A stretch of DNA of 64,000 nt from Promethearchaeota archaeon (GTDB taxonomy: Archaea; Asgardarchaeota; Lokiarchaeia; Sigyniarchaeales; SOKP01). The translations under genes and the position numbers were made by a program. This document shows positions 10,157 to 20,076 of this stretch, piece by piece (the stretch's first letter is position 1; each line of letters begins with the position of its first letter). The notes beneath the pieces were generated by a model. The model was not told the DNA's origin. It worked only from the letters and a program-made list of their open reading frames with translations, and made no database searches. Where the stretch lies: NCBI GenBank assembly GCA_048939995.1, contig JBHLOY010000004.1:64001-128000 (forward strand), given 5' to 3'.

Positions 10157-11107
10157 ATGACAGAAATTATTTTCGAAGTAATATTTCCATTAATTTTAAT
10201 AGGGCTTCTTATAATTATTTTAATCAGTGGAATTCCTAATAGAAAACCAAATCAACAATTTATGACATCTGATGATTTTATCAAAGACTGGCTAAAAGAT
10301 CATGGTCAAGCTCACAAGCTAGAAGCGCAGTTTAATCAAATGAAAAAGGACCCTGCTGGACGGATTTATATGCCAATAACATATAAGGGGGCAAAAATCT
10401 TTGTAAAGTGGGGGTTAAGCCCAAATAAAGTGTCATTTATGAATTTAATTCTATCCTTCCTAATCTTTTATTGTGTTGTTATGCTTGGTAAAGGGACTTT
10501 ACCTAGTGTTGATTTATTTTCTGAACAACCTTTTTACGGTGTATGGTTTCTTCCTTTAGCAATATTAGTGCTCTTTACAGGTATTATTGATGGAATAGAT
10601 GGAGCAATAGCTCGTTTACTAAATATAAAATCAAAAAGAGGTGCTTGGTTAGATAATGTAATCGATCGAATAAGTGATACTTTAATGTTTGTATGCTTAA
10701 TACCCGCGAATTTCATGGTCATAACAGCTTATGGACTTAATTTTAGATGGATAGTTTGGACAAATATCTTTCTAATTTTTATTTATGAATATATGAGGGC
10801 TCGTCATGAAGGTTTAGGAATGCATGAAACAAAACCCTTTGTCGGTGAAAGAATTACACGATTTTTAGTAACAGCTACATTTTTTGCAATGTATGGAATT
10901 TCTAGCCTTGGAGTGTTGATTACATATGTGATCAATCCCTCTGGTACAACTTTATGGGCATCAACACATCCTTGGGTAATTACATGGACAATGTTCATTT
11001 TTCAAATTAGTTTGTTAATTATTATGGTCTTATCAGTTATACTTTTTGGGCGATACATTTATAAAGGATTAAAAGAAATGGATAAAAAAGATGGAGTATT
11101 AAAATAA
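10157..11107 (+). CDS. CDP-alcohol phosphatidyltransferase family membrane protein
   Basis: Signature DGIDGAIAR...GAWLDNVIDRISD, plus SPNKVS and multiple TM helices. Confidence 0.92.
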   Translation: MTEIIFEVIFPLILIGLLIIILISGIPNRKPNQQFMTSDDFIKDWLKDHGQAHKLEAQFNQMKKDPAGRIYMPITYKGAKIFVKWGLSPNKVSFMNLILSFLIFYCVVMLGKGTLPSVDLFSEQPFYGVWFLPLAILVLFTGIIDGIDGAIARLLNIKSKRGAWLDNVIDRISDTLMFVCLIPANFMVITAYGLNFRWIVWTNIFLIFIYEYMRARHEGLGMHETKPFVGERITRFLVTATFFAMYGISSLGVLITYVINPSGTTLWASTHPWVITWTMFIFQISLLIIMVLSVILFGRYIYKGLKEMDKKDGVLK

Positions 11108-11129
11108 AAAACAAGAGAGTGATTCTCAT

Positions 11130-12482
11130 ATGAAATTATCAAAAATTATATTATATGGATTTTTCTTAGTAGTTTTATATGTTCTCTTTCACATTTACTT
11201 TCCATCTTTCTGGACATCTGGAGTAAGGGATTCAATTAATGCTTTCTTTACTGATCCTCTCACCTATTGGTGGTTTATATTTCCATTAGTAGGCCTTATT
11301 ATGTTATGGGGGTTGCTTATTTACTATGGAATTCACTTTTTAGCTTCATTCGGAAGTGGTTATAAAACTAAAACACCTTATTACCCTAATATAAGTATTA
11401 TGATTGCCTCTAAAAGCGAGAGAGTCTTATTGGAGAGAACATTAAATTCTATTGTTAATTCAAATTATCCAAAAGAGAATATTCAAATTGTAATAATTAC
11501 AAGCGGTTCCACAGATGACACTACAGAATTTTGTCAAAAATTTGCCCTGAAATACAATACAATAGATATTAAGGTTTTATCGGAGCATATAGCCAAAAAA
11601 GGGAAACCTCCAGCTTTGAATTATGGTTTAAAATATGTGAAACATGATATTGTCCTTCTTTATGATTCAGGTTGTATTTTAGAAGCGAATACCTTAAAAG
11701 ATTTAATATCTCCATTTCAAGATGATAAAACTAATGCAGTTATCGGACCAGTATTAGTCAAAAATTGGAAAGAAAATAAGTTGACTCGAGGAATTCTTCT
11801 TGATTATGCTATGGTATCAGGTGGAGGCTTGCTTTTTGAAATAAAAAATAGGTTAGGGTCTTCAGCTTATTCATTTGGACGAAATTTTGCAGTTAGAACA
11901 AAATTTCTACGAAATTATGGAGGATTTAACGAAGATTCTATGACAGAAGATCTTTATTTATGCGTTCTATTAAATTTAGATGGAGTAAAAATACTTTTTT
12001 CTCCCAAGGCTAAAATCTATGAATATGTGCCAAGTACATGGGAAATTTTAACCCAACAACGCACAAGATGGCTTGCTGGTTTCATTTTTGATATGCCTCA
12101 GTTAATGGCAATGAAAAGTGAACATAAAAATGGGAAATCTTTAATTATTGCCCGAAATATGACAATGATGCTTATAGGGAATATAGATACATGGATTCCT
12201 ATAGTTATTGGATTTATGGTACTTTTCTTCCTAATAGGAGAATTTTATTTCCTTATATGGAGCAGTTCTTGTTTACTTTTCATGTTTGGGTATCTTGTCA
12301 ATGCGATACGAAAATATGGGGATAAACACTATAGTGTTTTGCTCCTCTTTTTAGTCAGTGGGTATATTCATTTATATATGTTCTTACGTCAGTTTAAACT
12401 TCCAAAAGAATTAAGTTGGGAAAAAACTCCTATGCTATTTGAAAAACAAGAAGCTGAAATAATAGCATTATCTACAAAATAA
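11130..12482 (+). CDS. Membrane GT2 glycosyltransferase (processive, cellulose-synthase-like)
   Basis: KGKPPALN, TED and QQRTRW (QxxRW) motifs with N- and C-terminal TM helices; the DxD position is degenerate (YDSG). Confidence 0.88.
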   Translation: MKLSKIILYGFFLVVLYVLFHIYFPSFWTSGVRDSINAFFTDPLTYWWFIFPLVGLIMLWGLLIYYGIHFLASFGSGYKTKTPYYPNISIMIASKSERVLLERTLNSIVNSNYPKENIQIVIITSGSTDDTTEFCQKFALKYNTIDIKVLSEHIAKKGKPPALNYGLKYVKHDIVLLYDSGCILEANTLKDLISPFQDDKTNAVIGPVLVKNWKENKLTRGILLDYAMVSGGGLLFEIKNRLGSSAYSFGRNFAVRTKFLRNYGGFNEDSMTEDLYLCVLLNLDGVKILFSPKAKIYEYVPSTWEILTQQRTRWLAGFIFDMPQLMAMKSEHKNGKSLIIARNMTMMLIGNIDTWIPIVIGFMVLFFLIGEFYFLIWSSSCLLFMFGYLVNAIRKYGDKHYSVLLLFLVSGYIHLYMFLRQFKLPKELSWEKTPMLFEKQEAEIIALSTK

Positions 12483-12586
12483 ATTTTTTTTCCTTTTTAC
12501 TTAAATTTAAAGTGAATATATATAAAAATAGAAAAATAAATTTATTATAATCAATTCAAAACAATTTTAAATCCTAGTTGATTTTC

Positions 12587-13888
12587 TTGAAATACAAAGT
12601 ACATGACTATTTACCCGAAGAATTAAAAACAAAATATTTTGATTCTGAACCTCGTCATTATTCGGATAAACAATTTTGCGATGCCTTATTAGAACAAATA
12701 AAATTATCCAATAATAATTGTAGATACTATAGGGAAGATCTTTGTAACAGATTTAAATTTTCGATTCCTGATGAAATTGATATTAATACACTAGATACAA
12801 TTCCCTATATTCCATCTGATCTTTACAAAAAAAGTGGAAATCGAGTTCTAAACCTTTTAAAAGTGCCTCTTGATCAAATTATCCTTTTTTCATGTTCATC
12901 TTCTACATCGGGGGATCCATCTATAGTTCCTCGCACTTTAGACGATTTCGATCAAATCCAATATAATTCAATTAAGGTATTTACTGAATTTTTTAGATGG
13001 AAAGAATTAAGAACAGAAAATAGTCGTAGTATCATATTTAACTTTGCACCAGGTCGATTTTTGATGTCAATGATGGCAAAAAAAAATGCTACTGGTTTCG
13101 AGCATGTTAAAAAGACACGATATTTTACGGCATGTATGAATAAACCCTGGGAATATTATGGCTATGAGGAATATATGGTGAAAGGAAAATTTTTCAAAAC
13201 TATTTGGGCAATCCTATCAACTTTTTCAATTAAAGGTGGCTTTGTTTTGGATGTAAGTAGAATGTTAAAAATGATTAAAAAGATCGTAGCTACAGGACAT
13301 TGGAAAAACATAAAAGTTTGTAAAATCTTATTCGGGGGAAGTCCTCTCTTAATGAATAATATGTTTAAGAATCGACTACTCAAGGAGAATGTATTTTATG
13401 ATTTAGATGGAATTTCCTTTGTTGGATGTGGTGGAGGAGGGTGGGATGGAACTAAAGGTGAGGCAAAATTAGATGCTGTTGATAAACTTACATTTATTCA
13501 GAATTATGAGAAAGTTTTTAATATTAAACCAAAAGATATCGCTGATATTTATGCTTTTACTGAAGGTCCAACACTTTTTGGGGGGCATTGGTCCGAAAAA
13601 TACCAAGACTTTTTATTACATTGCCCTAATACTTCAAGGATTATCGTTCGGGATACAGAAAATCTTAATCCTGTAAGTGATGGAATGGAAGGACTTTTAG
13701 AAGTAATCACTCCTTATGGTGTAAATGGTAGTGTAAATCAAGCAGTTCTAGTTGACGATATTGTAGAACTTATTTCAAACAAGAATTGTCCAGAATGTGG
13801 GTATGAGGGTGCCACTTTTAGGATTATCGGGCGACTAAAAAATCTACAAGGAAAAAGTTGTTCTTCTATTATTGATTGGCTACATTAA
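12587..13888 (+). CDS. LuxE-like acyl-protein synthetase (ANL-related)
   Basis: IPYIPSDLYK, SSSTSGDPS, GGGGW, DIYAFTE, and C-terminal FRIIGRL...KSCS with the LuxE acyl-accepting Cys position. TTG start after AGTTGA (track start 12578). Confidence 0.8.
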   Translation: MKYKVHDYLPEELKTKYFDSEPRHYSDKQFCDALLEQIKLSNNNCRYYREDLCNRFKFSIPDEIDINTLDTIPYIPSDLYKKSGNRVLNLLKVPLDQIILFSCSSSTSGDPSIVPRTLDDFDQIQYNSIKVFTEFFRWKELRTENSRSIIFNFAPGRFLMSMMAKKNATGFEHVKKTRYFTACMNKPWEYYGYEEYMVKGKFFKTIWAILSTFSIKGGFVLDVSRMLKMIKKIVATGHWKNIKVCKILFGGSPLLMNNMFKNRLLKENVFYDLDGISFVGCGGGGWDGTKGEAKLDAVDKLTFIQNYEKVFNIKPKDIADIYAFTEGPTLFGGHWSEKYQDFLLHCPNTSRIIVRDTENLNPVSDGMEGLLEVITPYGVNGSVNQAVLVDDIVELISNKNCPECGYEGATFRIIGRLKNLQGKSCSSIIDWLH

Positions 13889-14858
13889 TCCGTCTATTTA
13901 ATTTTCCTCTTTTTAAAATGTAAATAATAGTATAAAAGATTATACTAAAAGTTATGCTAAACTTGTATAATTTGTAAATTACATCAATTTTTATTACAAA
14001 CCGAAACAAAAGATATATGAAAAGAAAAGAGAGACCATTTAAAATCGAAAATCCAAAAATTTTATTAAATAGGAAAAAACTGCCAATAAAAAATGTTAAA
14101 AATAAAACGTTAGAATAGATTATTAATGGTAGATATGCTCTAACTGATTTAGAATTAAAAATTGGTTCTGATTTGAATATAAATTCCATATCATGGATAG
14201 AGACAATTTCAGAATAAGCTTTCCCGTATTGAAAGTATTTTTTAATATTTTGGAATGGATTTCTTTTTCCATAATGAATTACTAGACCCTTTGGAACATA
14301 AATTAATTTATAACCTTTTTTTAAAGATCTCCAAGAAAATTCTAAATCTTCAATTCTATAATTTAAGAAACCACCCGATAAATTCCATACTTCTTTTTTA
14401 AACAACATATTAGATGTATTGAGAAAATTTATGTTTGATTCTCGGTTAATAATAACCTTATTTTTGTAATTAAAAGGATTTAATTTACCTTCTGATTTGT
14501 CACGGAATACCACTTTTCCTCCCACTATATCATATTCATTTAAAAATGGAACTAAATTTATTAGCCAATTTCTTGAGACAAAACAATCTGAATCAGTAAG
14601 AGCTATAATTTTATATTTTGCCTGTTTAATCCCAATATTTCTCGCGTTTGCTGATCCAACTGACTTGGATAAAATTATTGATTTGATTTGGAATTTCTTT
14701 AAAATTTCCTTTGTATTATCAACTGAACCATCGTCAACAATAATAATCTCATATTGCGGATAATTCAAATTTGAGAGATTTTTTATCAAACTGGGTAGTA
14801 CATTACCTCTATTTTTAGTTGGAATAACTATTGAGATAGGTTCCAAAACTTGAGTCAT
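13869..14858 (-). CDS. GT2 glycosyltransferase with C-terminal TM helices
   Basis: SIVIPTKN, IIVDDGS, ARNIG, TDSDC and EDLEFSWR motifs. Confidence 0.92.
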   Translation of the reverse strand: MTQVLEPISIVIPTKNRGNVLPSLIKNLSNLNYPQYEIIIVDDGSVDNTKEILKKFQIKSIILSKSVGSANARNIGIKQAKYKIIALTDSDCFVSRNWLINLVPFLNEYDIVGGKVVFRDKSEGKLNPFNYKNKVIINRESNINFLNTSNMLFKKEVWNLSGGFLNYRIEDLEFSWRSLKKGYKLIYVPKGLVIHYGKRNPFQNIKKYFQYGKAYSEIVSIHDMEFIFKSEPIFNSKSVRAYLPLIIYSNVLFLTFFIGSFFLFNKIFGFSILNGLSFLFIYLLFRFVIKIDVIYKLYKFSITFSIIFYTIIYILKRGKLNRRINVANQ

Positions 14859-14920
14859 TAATATTTTTTAGTAGTCTTACTTATTTTAATCTATTCTGAT
14901 TAAGAGAATTTAATTTAATA

Positions 14921-15949
14921 ATGAATAAAAAAAATAAAATCTTAAGAAAACTGGGAATAAGTTACATAAAAAGAATTTTAAGGGTAATAGATGGACCAGT
15001 GTTTGTCAGCATATTTTTTACTCGTAAATGTAATCTCAATTGTTATTATTGCGTTGCTTCGAAAAAAAGCTATAAGGCAGATATATCGGTAAGTAAATGG
15101 AAATCTATTATAAATGAAATCTATAACCAAGGATGTAGGTTTATTACAATATATGGAGGAGAACCAACACTTCGACCAGATTTAGGAGAGCTTTTAGAAT
15201 ACTGCATAGATTTAAATATTTTTACGCATGTAGTAACCAACGGATGTTTATTAGACGCAGATTTACTTGAAAGATTTGCTTCGTATGGATACTTTCTTTT
15301 GGGTATAAGTATTGATGGATTAAAAGAAACTGATATAAGTCCTAAAAAGTATCGTCCAGAATTGGTTCAAATACTTTATGAAGTCAAAAAGAAGTATCCG
15401 GAAAATATTGATTATAGTATTCACATTGTGCCTACTAAAGATAATATCCAAGAATTAATTCCTTTGATAAAAATCATAAATTCAAAACTTGACTGCCGCT
15501 TCTCAATAGATCCAGTCCACTCATCAATGAATCCAAATGAACAATATCAATATAGAAACTATTGCCCTGATTTATTGTTAAAGAAAGAACAAATAAACCA
15601 ATTGAGAAACACAATCCAAAATCTTAAAAGAAAAGGGATTCAATTCTTTTCTCCTAATACTTATTATTATTTTATGAATAAATGGTATCAAAAACTATAT
15701 GATTGGAACTGTGATGCTGGAGATTTATATTATGCCATTAATAACGATGGTTCTATAATGCTTTGTGAAGATGTTAATACTAATATTCAATTTAATGATT
15801 TTATTATGTTATCGCATAAGAAAAGAGTCAAAAAAATTAGGCAATTTAAATTTGAATACTGTAATTGTTTTAAACCTTGTTATTGGAATCCCTCAAATTT
15901 TGTTAAACACCCAATTAGAAATTTCATATATCAAAATATCTTAAAATAA
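14921..15949 (+). CDS. Radical SAM protein with C-terminal SPASM/twitch-like Cys cluster
   Basis: CNLNCYYC (CxxxCxxC), GGEPTLR, VTNG and ISIDG motifs; auxiliary CDAG..INNDGSIMLC..CNCFKPCY. Confidence 0.92.
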   Translation: MNKKNKILRKLGISYIKRILRVIDGPVFVSIFFTRKCNLNCYYCVASKKSYKADISVSKWKSIINEIYNQGCRFITIYGGEPTLRPDLGELLEYCIDLNIFTHVVTNGCLLDADLLERFASYGYFLLGISIDGLKETDISPKKYRPELVQILYEVKKKYPENIDYSIHIVPTKDNIQELIPLIKIINSKLDCRFSIDPVHSSMNPNEQYQYRNYCPDLLLKKEQINQLRNTIQNLKRKGIQFFSPNTYYYFMNKWYQKLYDWNCDAGDLYYAINNDGSIMLCEDVNTNIQFNDFIMLSHKKRVKKIRQFKFEYCNCFKPCYWNPSNFVKHPIRNFIYQNILK

Positions 15950-15965
15950 TTTTGTAGATAATTAA

Positions 15966-16748
15966 ATGCCGTTTATTAAAGTTAGTCAATCAAGGTTTTT
16001 TTATGCTGAGAATAAGTTACAAACCATTCCAGTTTTATTCATTCATGGTTGGCTAGGAAGTTCTAATGAATGGACTCATCAAATTTGTTACTTTAATTCC
16101 AAACAACATATCATTATATTAGATTTACCCGGTTTTGGAAAGTCTAGTAAACCAAACATGAAATATTCAATTGATTTCTTTTCATCACAAATATTAGAAT
16201 TTCTTAAGATCCTTGGATACAATGAAGTGAATCTAGTAGGTCATTCTTTGGGGGGGATGATTGCATTAAATATTGCCATGAAAAATATAAACTTGGTAAA
16301 AAAGATAGTTCTAATTAGCACTAGCGCTTCATTCTCCTCTTCATATAAGGATAAATTTATGTTATTTTGGGTTAACTTAATTTTTAAGTTCTCTTATAGA
16401 AGGTTTCTTAAATCTATCATTAGAAGAATTGTCTCTAATACAACTGAAAATAAAGTATTTAAGAAATTGTATTTATCTGCTATGAAAATTCCTAAATCAG
16501 TTGTATTAAGCACATTTAAAAATATGACACAAAAATTCCACCTGGGCAAAAAAGATCTATTGATTTCTCAACCAGTGCTCATAATCTATGGCAGTGAAGA
16601 TAAAATTATTACCAAACCCATGTTTAATAATTTAAGTAAACTAATTCCAAATTCAGAAGCTATCATTATTGAAAACAGTCCTCATAGAGTAATGGTTCAG
16701 AAACATATGAAAGTGAATGAACTTATTGAAAACTTCCTCAAATCGTAA
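15966..16748 (+). CDS. Alpha/beta hydrolase
   Basis: FIHGW, DLPGFGKS, the nucleophile elbow GHSLGG, GSEDKI and SPH (Ser-Asp-His triad). Confidence 0.92.
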   Translation: MPFIKVSQSRFFYAENKLQTIPVLFIHGWLGSSNEWTHQICYFNSKQHIIILDLPGFGKSSKPNMKYSIDFFSSQILEFLKILGYNEVNLVGHSLGGMIALNIAMKNINLVKKIVLISTSASFSSSYKDKFMLFWVNLIFKFSYRRFLKSIIRRIVSNTTENKVFKKLYLSAMKIPKSVVLSTFKNMTQKFHLGKKDLLISQPVLIIYGSEDKIITKPMFNNLSKLIPNSEAIIIENSPHRVMVQKHMKVNELIENFLKS

Positions 16749-16749
16749 T

Positions 16750-17835
16750 TCAATAAGTCTTATTTACTTCCTCTTTCTCAGGATCCGTTAGTTCCCTAAC
16801 AACCTTCGCCGGAGATCCTAGTGCAATGCAGTATGGGGGAATGTCTTCTGCCACTACTGAGTGTGCTCCAATAATTGATCCTTTTCCAATTGTAACTCCA
16901 GGTAGGATAATCGAATATGCCCCTATTCTAGCATTTTCACAGACTTTAATGGGTCCAAAACTGAAGCTGCCATGCTTTATATTCATTGCATTATGAGTTA
17001 ACAACTTTACACCAATCCCGCACCCACTACCATCTTCGAACTCAATTAGATCGGGTAATAAAGGATCTGGTATAGCTTTTTGTGAAATATGACAATTCTT
17101 CCCTATTTTCATCCCTAAAAAGCGAAATAACATATTCCTAGCAGTTGGCCACCCTATTAAGTATGATATAATAAGTGAAAATAAATGATTAAAAGCACCC
17201 TTTACAAACCAAGCAATTGAATATCGCTTTTGTTGAAGATGTTTAGCTATAATTAACATAGGTACTGGTGTAAAAATAAATTCATCAGTTTCGATATTAA
17301 TATAAGTCATTTTCCCTTTCTCTTTTATATCAAACTTTGGTCTATTATGCTTCCACACTTTTCTAGATTTAATCAAATCTTTAAGAAAAAGGTAGAAATC
17401 GATGTTTACCAAAAAAAGAATTAAGGTTATTGCAAAATTTACTGGTAGAAAAAGAAGAAATAACATTAACCTAGTATTAATAGTCAGATCTTGATTGAAT
17501 AATATACTAAAATAAGTATATATAGATGCTAATAAAATAATTATTACGTATCCCAATAAACTGAAAATGTATATAATTGAACCCGTTAATTGATTAGATT
17601 TTGCTATATTATATCCTAACACAAATAAGGGAAGCAGAGCTACAAAACAGAGTATAATTCCACCATAGACATATATGTTATACTGATAAAAAATTAAGGC
17701 TAACCAAGGTCTTATAAAATCATATATTATATTAATCCAAGGAATTGAAAAAAATACTCGTGATAATATGATTAAAATAAGAACTGTTGCACTAGCGATA
17801 AGAAAAATAAAGGGTATTATAAACGCTTTTTTCAT
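16750..17835 (-). CDS. Hexapeptide-repeat (left-handed beta-helix) acyltransferase with N-terminal multi-TM domain
   Basis: C-terminal GMKIGKNC..GPIKVCENARIGAYSIILPGVTIGKGSIIGAHSVVAEDIPPYCIALGSPAK; about 4 N-terminal TM segments. ATG at 17835 after AGTGA (track start 17901). Confidence 0.88.
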   Translation of the reverse strand: MKKAFIIPFIFLIASATVLILIILSRVFFSIPWINIIYDFIRPWLALIFYQYNIYVYGGIILCFVALLPLFVLGYNIAKSNQLTGSIIYIFSLLGYVIIILLASIYTYFSILFNQDLTINTRLMLFLLFLPVNFAITLILFLVNIDFYLFLKDLIKSRKVWKHNRPKFDIKEKGKMTYINIETDEFIFTPVPMLIIAKHLQQKRYSIAWFVKGAFNHLFSLIISYLIGWPTARNMLFRFLGMKIGKNCHISQKAIPDPLLPDLIEFEDGSGCGIGVKLLTHNAMNIKHGSFSFGPIKVCENARIGAYSIILPGVTIGKGSIIGAHSVVAEDIPPYCIALGSPAKVVRELTDPEKEEVNKTY

Positions 17836-17955
17836 TTTTGTCACTATTAGATTATTAAATTTAAATCTGTTCTTAAATATTAAGAAACCATATATTCTCA
17901 AATGAATGAATTAAAGTATAATAATCATTCTAGTTAATATAATATAGAAAATTAA

Positions 17956-18723
17956 ATGAAGGCAAATAACCAGATGTTCAAGCCAAAAATATCAGTAGTG
18001 ATTCCCGCTTATAACGAGGAGAATTTAATAAAAGAAACCTTAATAGCTGTTAAGAAGCAAATTTGTACCTTTCCTTATGAAATAATTGTAAGTGATGGAC
18101 AAAGTACAGATGAAACAGTATCAATTGCTAAAAATTTTGCGACAGTCTATATATCACCTAAAAAAGGTAAGGCTTATCAGCTAAATTACGCTGCTCAGAA
18201 AACATCAGGAGATATATTGTTATTTTTAGATGCTGATACCCTAATAGATCCATTCTTTTTACAAAAAGCCTTAAAAATATTTAATAAAAATGAAAATCTT
18301 TTTGCGTGCAGTGCCAGAATCAAATATTATGATGGAATTGCTTTTTCATTTAATATTGGGACTCCTAAATATACCATCACAAAATACTTTTTTCAAAATC
18401 TAGGCAGCCATTTATATTATTTTTGTAAAAGCTTAGTTGGATATCCTGAACTCTCAGGAACTAATATGATTGTTAGAAGAGACATCTTCTTTAAATCGGG
18501 GGGATTTAAACAACCACCAAATTCTTTAGGAATTGACAAGGTTTTCTCTGATTCTTTAATATATTTAAGTCGAAAATTAAAAAAAGGGAAGATTAAAACT
18601 CTAACTTTCATTTCAGTATTAACAAGTGGAAGGCATTTAACTGTTAAACGAAGCCTTAAACGTGTCCGTCAATATTATTCCAAGAAAGATATGTATCTTG
18701 ATTTAGCAAAAAAAATTAAATAG
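17956..18723 (+). CDS. GT2 glycosyltransferase
   Basis: SVVIPAYNEE, SDGQSTDET, GKAYQLN, FLDADT and TSGR motifs. Confidence 0.92.
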   Translation: MKANNQMFKPKISVVIPAYNEENLIKETLIAVKKQICTFPYEIIVSDGQSTDETVSIAKNFATVYISPKKGKAYQLNYAAQKTSGDILLFLDADTLIDPFFLQKALKIFNKNENLFACSARIKYYDGIAFSFNIGTPKYTITKYFFQNLGSHLYYFCKSLVGYPELSGTNMIVRRDIFFKSGGFKQPPNSLGIDKVFSDSLIYLSRKLKKGKIKTLTFISVLTSGRHLTVKRSLKRVRQYYSKKDMYLDLAKKIK

Positions 18724-18776
18724 TTTATAAATAAAATGTTTTAGCCACACATACCTTAGAGATTGAAACTAGTATA

Positions 18777-19526
18777 ATGAAAATCGCTCTAACTTTTGAT
18801 GTTGAACGAGACATTCCCAATGTTTTGAATACCTACTTTGGAACCAGATTCGGACTTATAAAAATATTAAAGATTTTAGATGATTTTAACATTAAAGGGA
18901 CTTTTTTCTGCACTGGAAACGTTGCAAATCATTTACCACAGTATATAAAATTAATTAATCATAAAGGACATGAGATTGGATGTCATGGATTAGCTCATGA
19001 GAGATTGAGTCAGTTGAATTATAAAGACTGTGAGAAAATAATAGAACAAAATAAGCAGATTCTAGAAAAAATATGCCAAGATGAAGAAATTGTAGGTTTT
19101 AGAGCTCCATATTTAAAAACTCCAAATTATTTATTTACAATTTTAAAGAGTTTAGGATTTAAATATGATTCTTCAATTAAGACACACAAATTGAAAGCAC
19201 AAAAACCGAAAACGAATAAAGAAATTCAAGAATTCCATCCGAATTTCAATATAATTTTTAGATTACCGCTTTTATACCCCTCTTTACGTAATTGGATCTT
19301 TAAAAGAGAATTATTAGTGTTATATTTACACCCTTGGGAAGCAATAAAGATGAAAACTATATTATTTAGTCATACAAATACATTAGATTTATTGAACAAT
19401 GCTCTTTTTAGACCAGATAGGTGGATTAGTACAGGAGATATGTTCCTATCTCGATTTAAAAACTTTTTAAGAGAATCACTAACTAATAAAGCTGAATTTG
19501 TTATGTTAAAGCAGTTATTACAATAA
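18777..19526 (+). CDS. Polysaccharide deacetylase (NodB/CE4) family protein
   Basis: LTFDVE, GTFF, HEIGCHGLAH, GFRAP, YDSS and YLHPWE motifs. Confidence 0.92.
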   Translation: MKIALTFDVERDIPNVLNTYFGTRFGLIKILKILDDFNIKGTFFCTGNVANHLPQYIKLINHKGHEIGCHGLAHERLSQLNYKDCEKIIEQNKQILEKICQDEEIVGFRAPYLKTPNYLFTILKSLGFKYDSSIKTHKLKAQKPKTNKEIQEFHPNFNIIFRLPLLYPSLRNWIFKRELLVLYLHPWEAIKMKTILFSHTNTLDLLNNALFRPDRWISTGDMFLSRFKNFLRESLTNKAEFVMLKQLLQ

Positions 19527-19580
19527 CCTAAATTAGAAATAAAAAAAAGTTATGTTGGATTAAATGAAATTGAATTTACT

Positions 19581-19895
19581 TTAATCTTCTAATTGCTTTT
19601 TTAATTTTATTATCAGAGGAATCATTTTTGTAGCATCCATAGCCGGTGTAGTTTTCATAACCTTAATATAACCTGGTTTAGCAAGTCTCCACATATTTGA
19701 CCCTTTTGCCATTTGTTCTTCATTATCAGCTTCTTCAATTGTAATACCCCAATAATCAGATGTACTAATATAAAATCCGATTTGTTTAACTCCCTCGACG
19801 GGATATAGTTTCTTACTCATTAGCTTCTGGGCGATTTCAGCTAATTCTGATGGATCAAAATCTTGATTTAATTCCCAATACGTTATAAATAACAT
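19581..19895 (-). CDS. Small ferredoxin-like fold protein (DUF3303-like)
   Basis: MLFITYWEL...P.EGVK.IG.Y....WGITI.EAD...TTPAM; AAGGTGA SD before ATG at 19895. Confidence 0.65.
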   Translation of the reverse strand: MLFITYWELNQDFDPSELAEIAQKLMSKKLYPVEGVKQIGFYISTSDYWGITIEEADNEEQMAKGSNMWRLAKPGYIKVMKTTPAMDATKMIPLIIKLKKQLED

Positions 19896-20076
19896 TAAAT
19901 TTATCACCTTCTTAATAATATATTTTGGATTCACAAGATATAGATTTCAATTTATATCGTATTACTCAATATTCATCTAAATATATATAAGAATTATTGT
20001 TTTAGATGATCTTTTAACTTATTGATCTAAATGTAACTAAAAAAGTGTTTAAAAAACTAGTTAAAACATTAATTTT

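Noticed and set aside
12587-13888. Bioluminescence (lux) operon
   Set aside because: Only a LuxE-like gene is present; no luxA, luxB or luxC.
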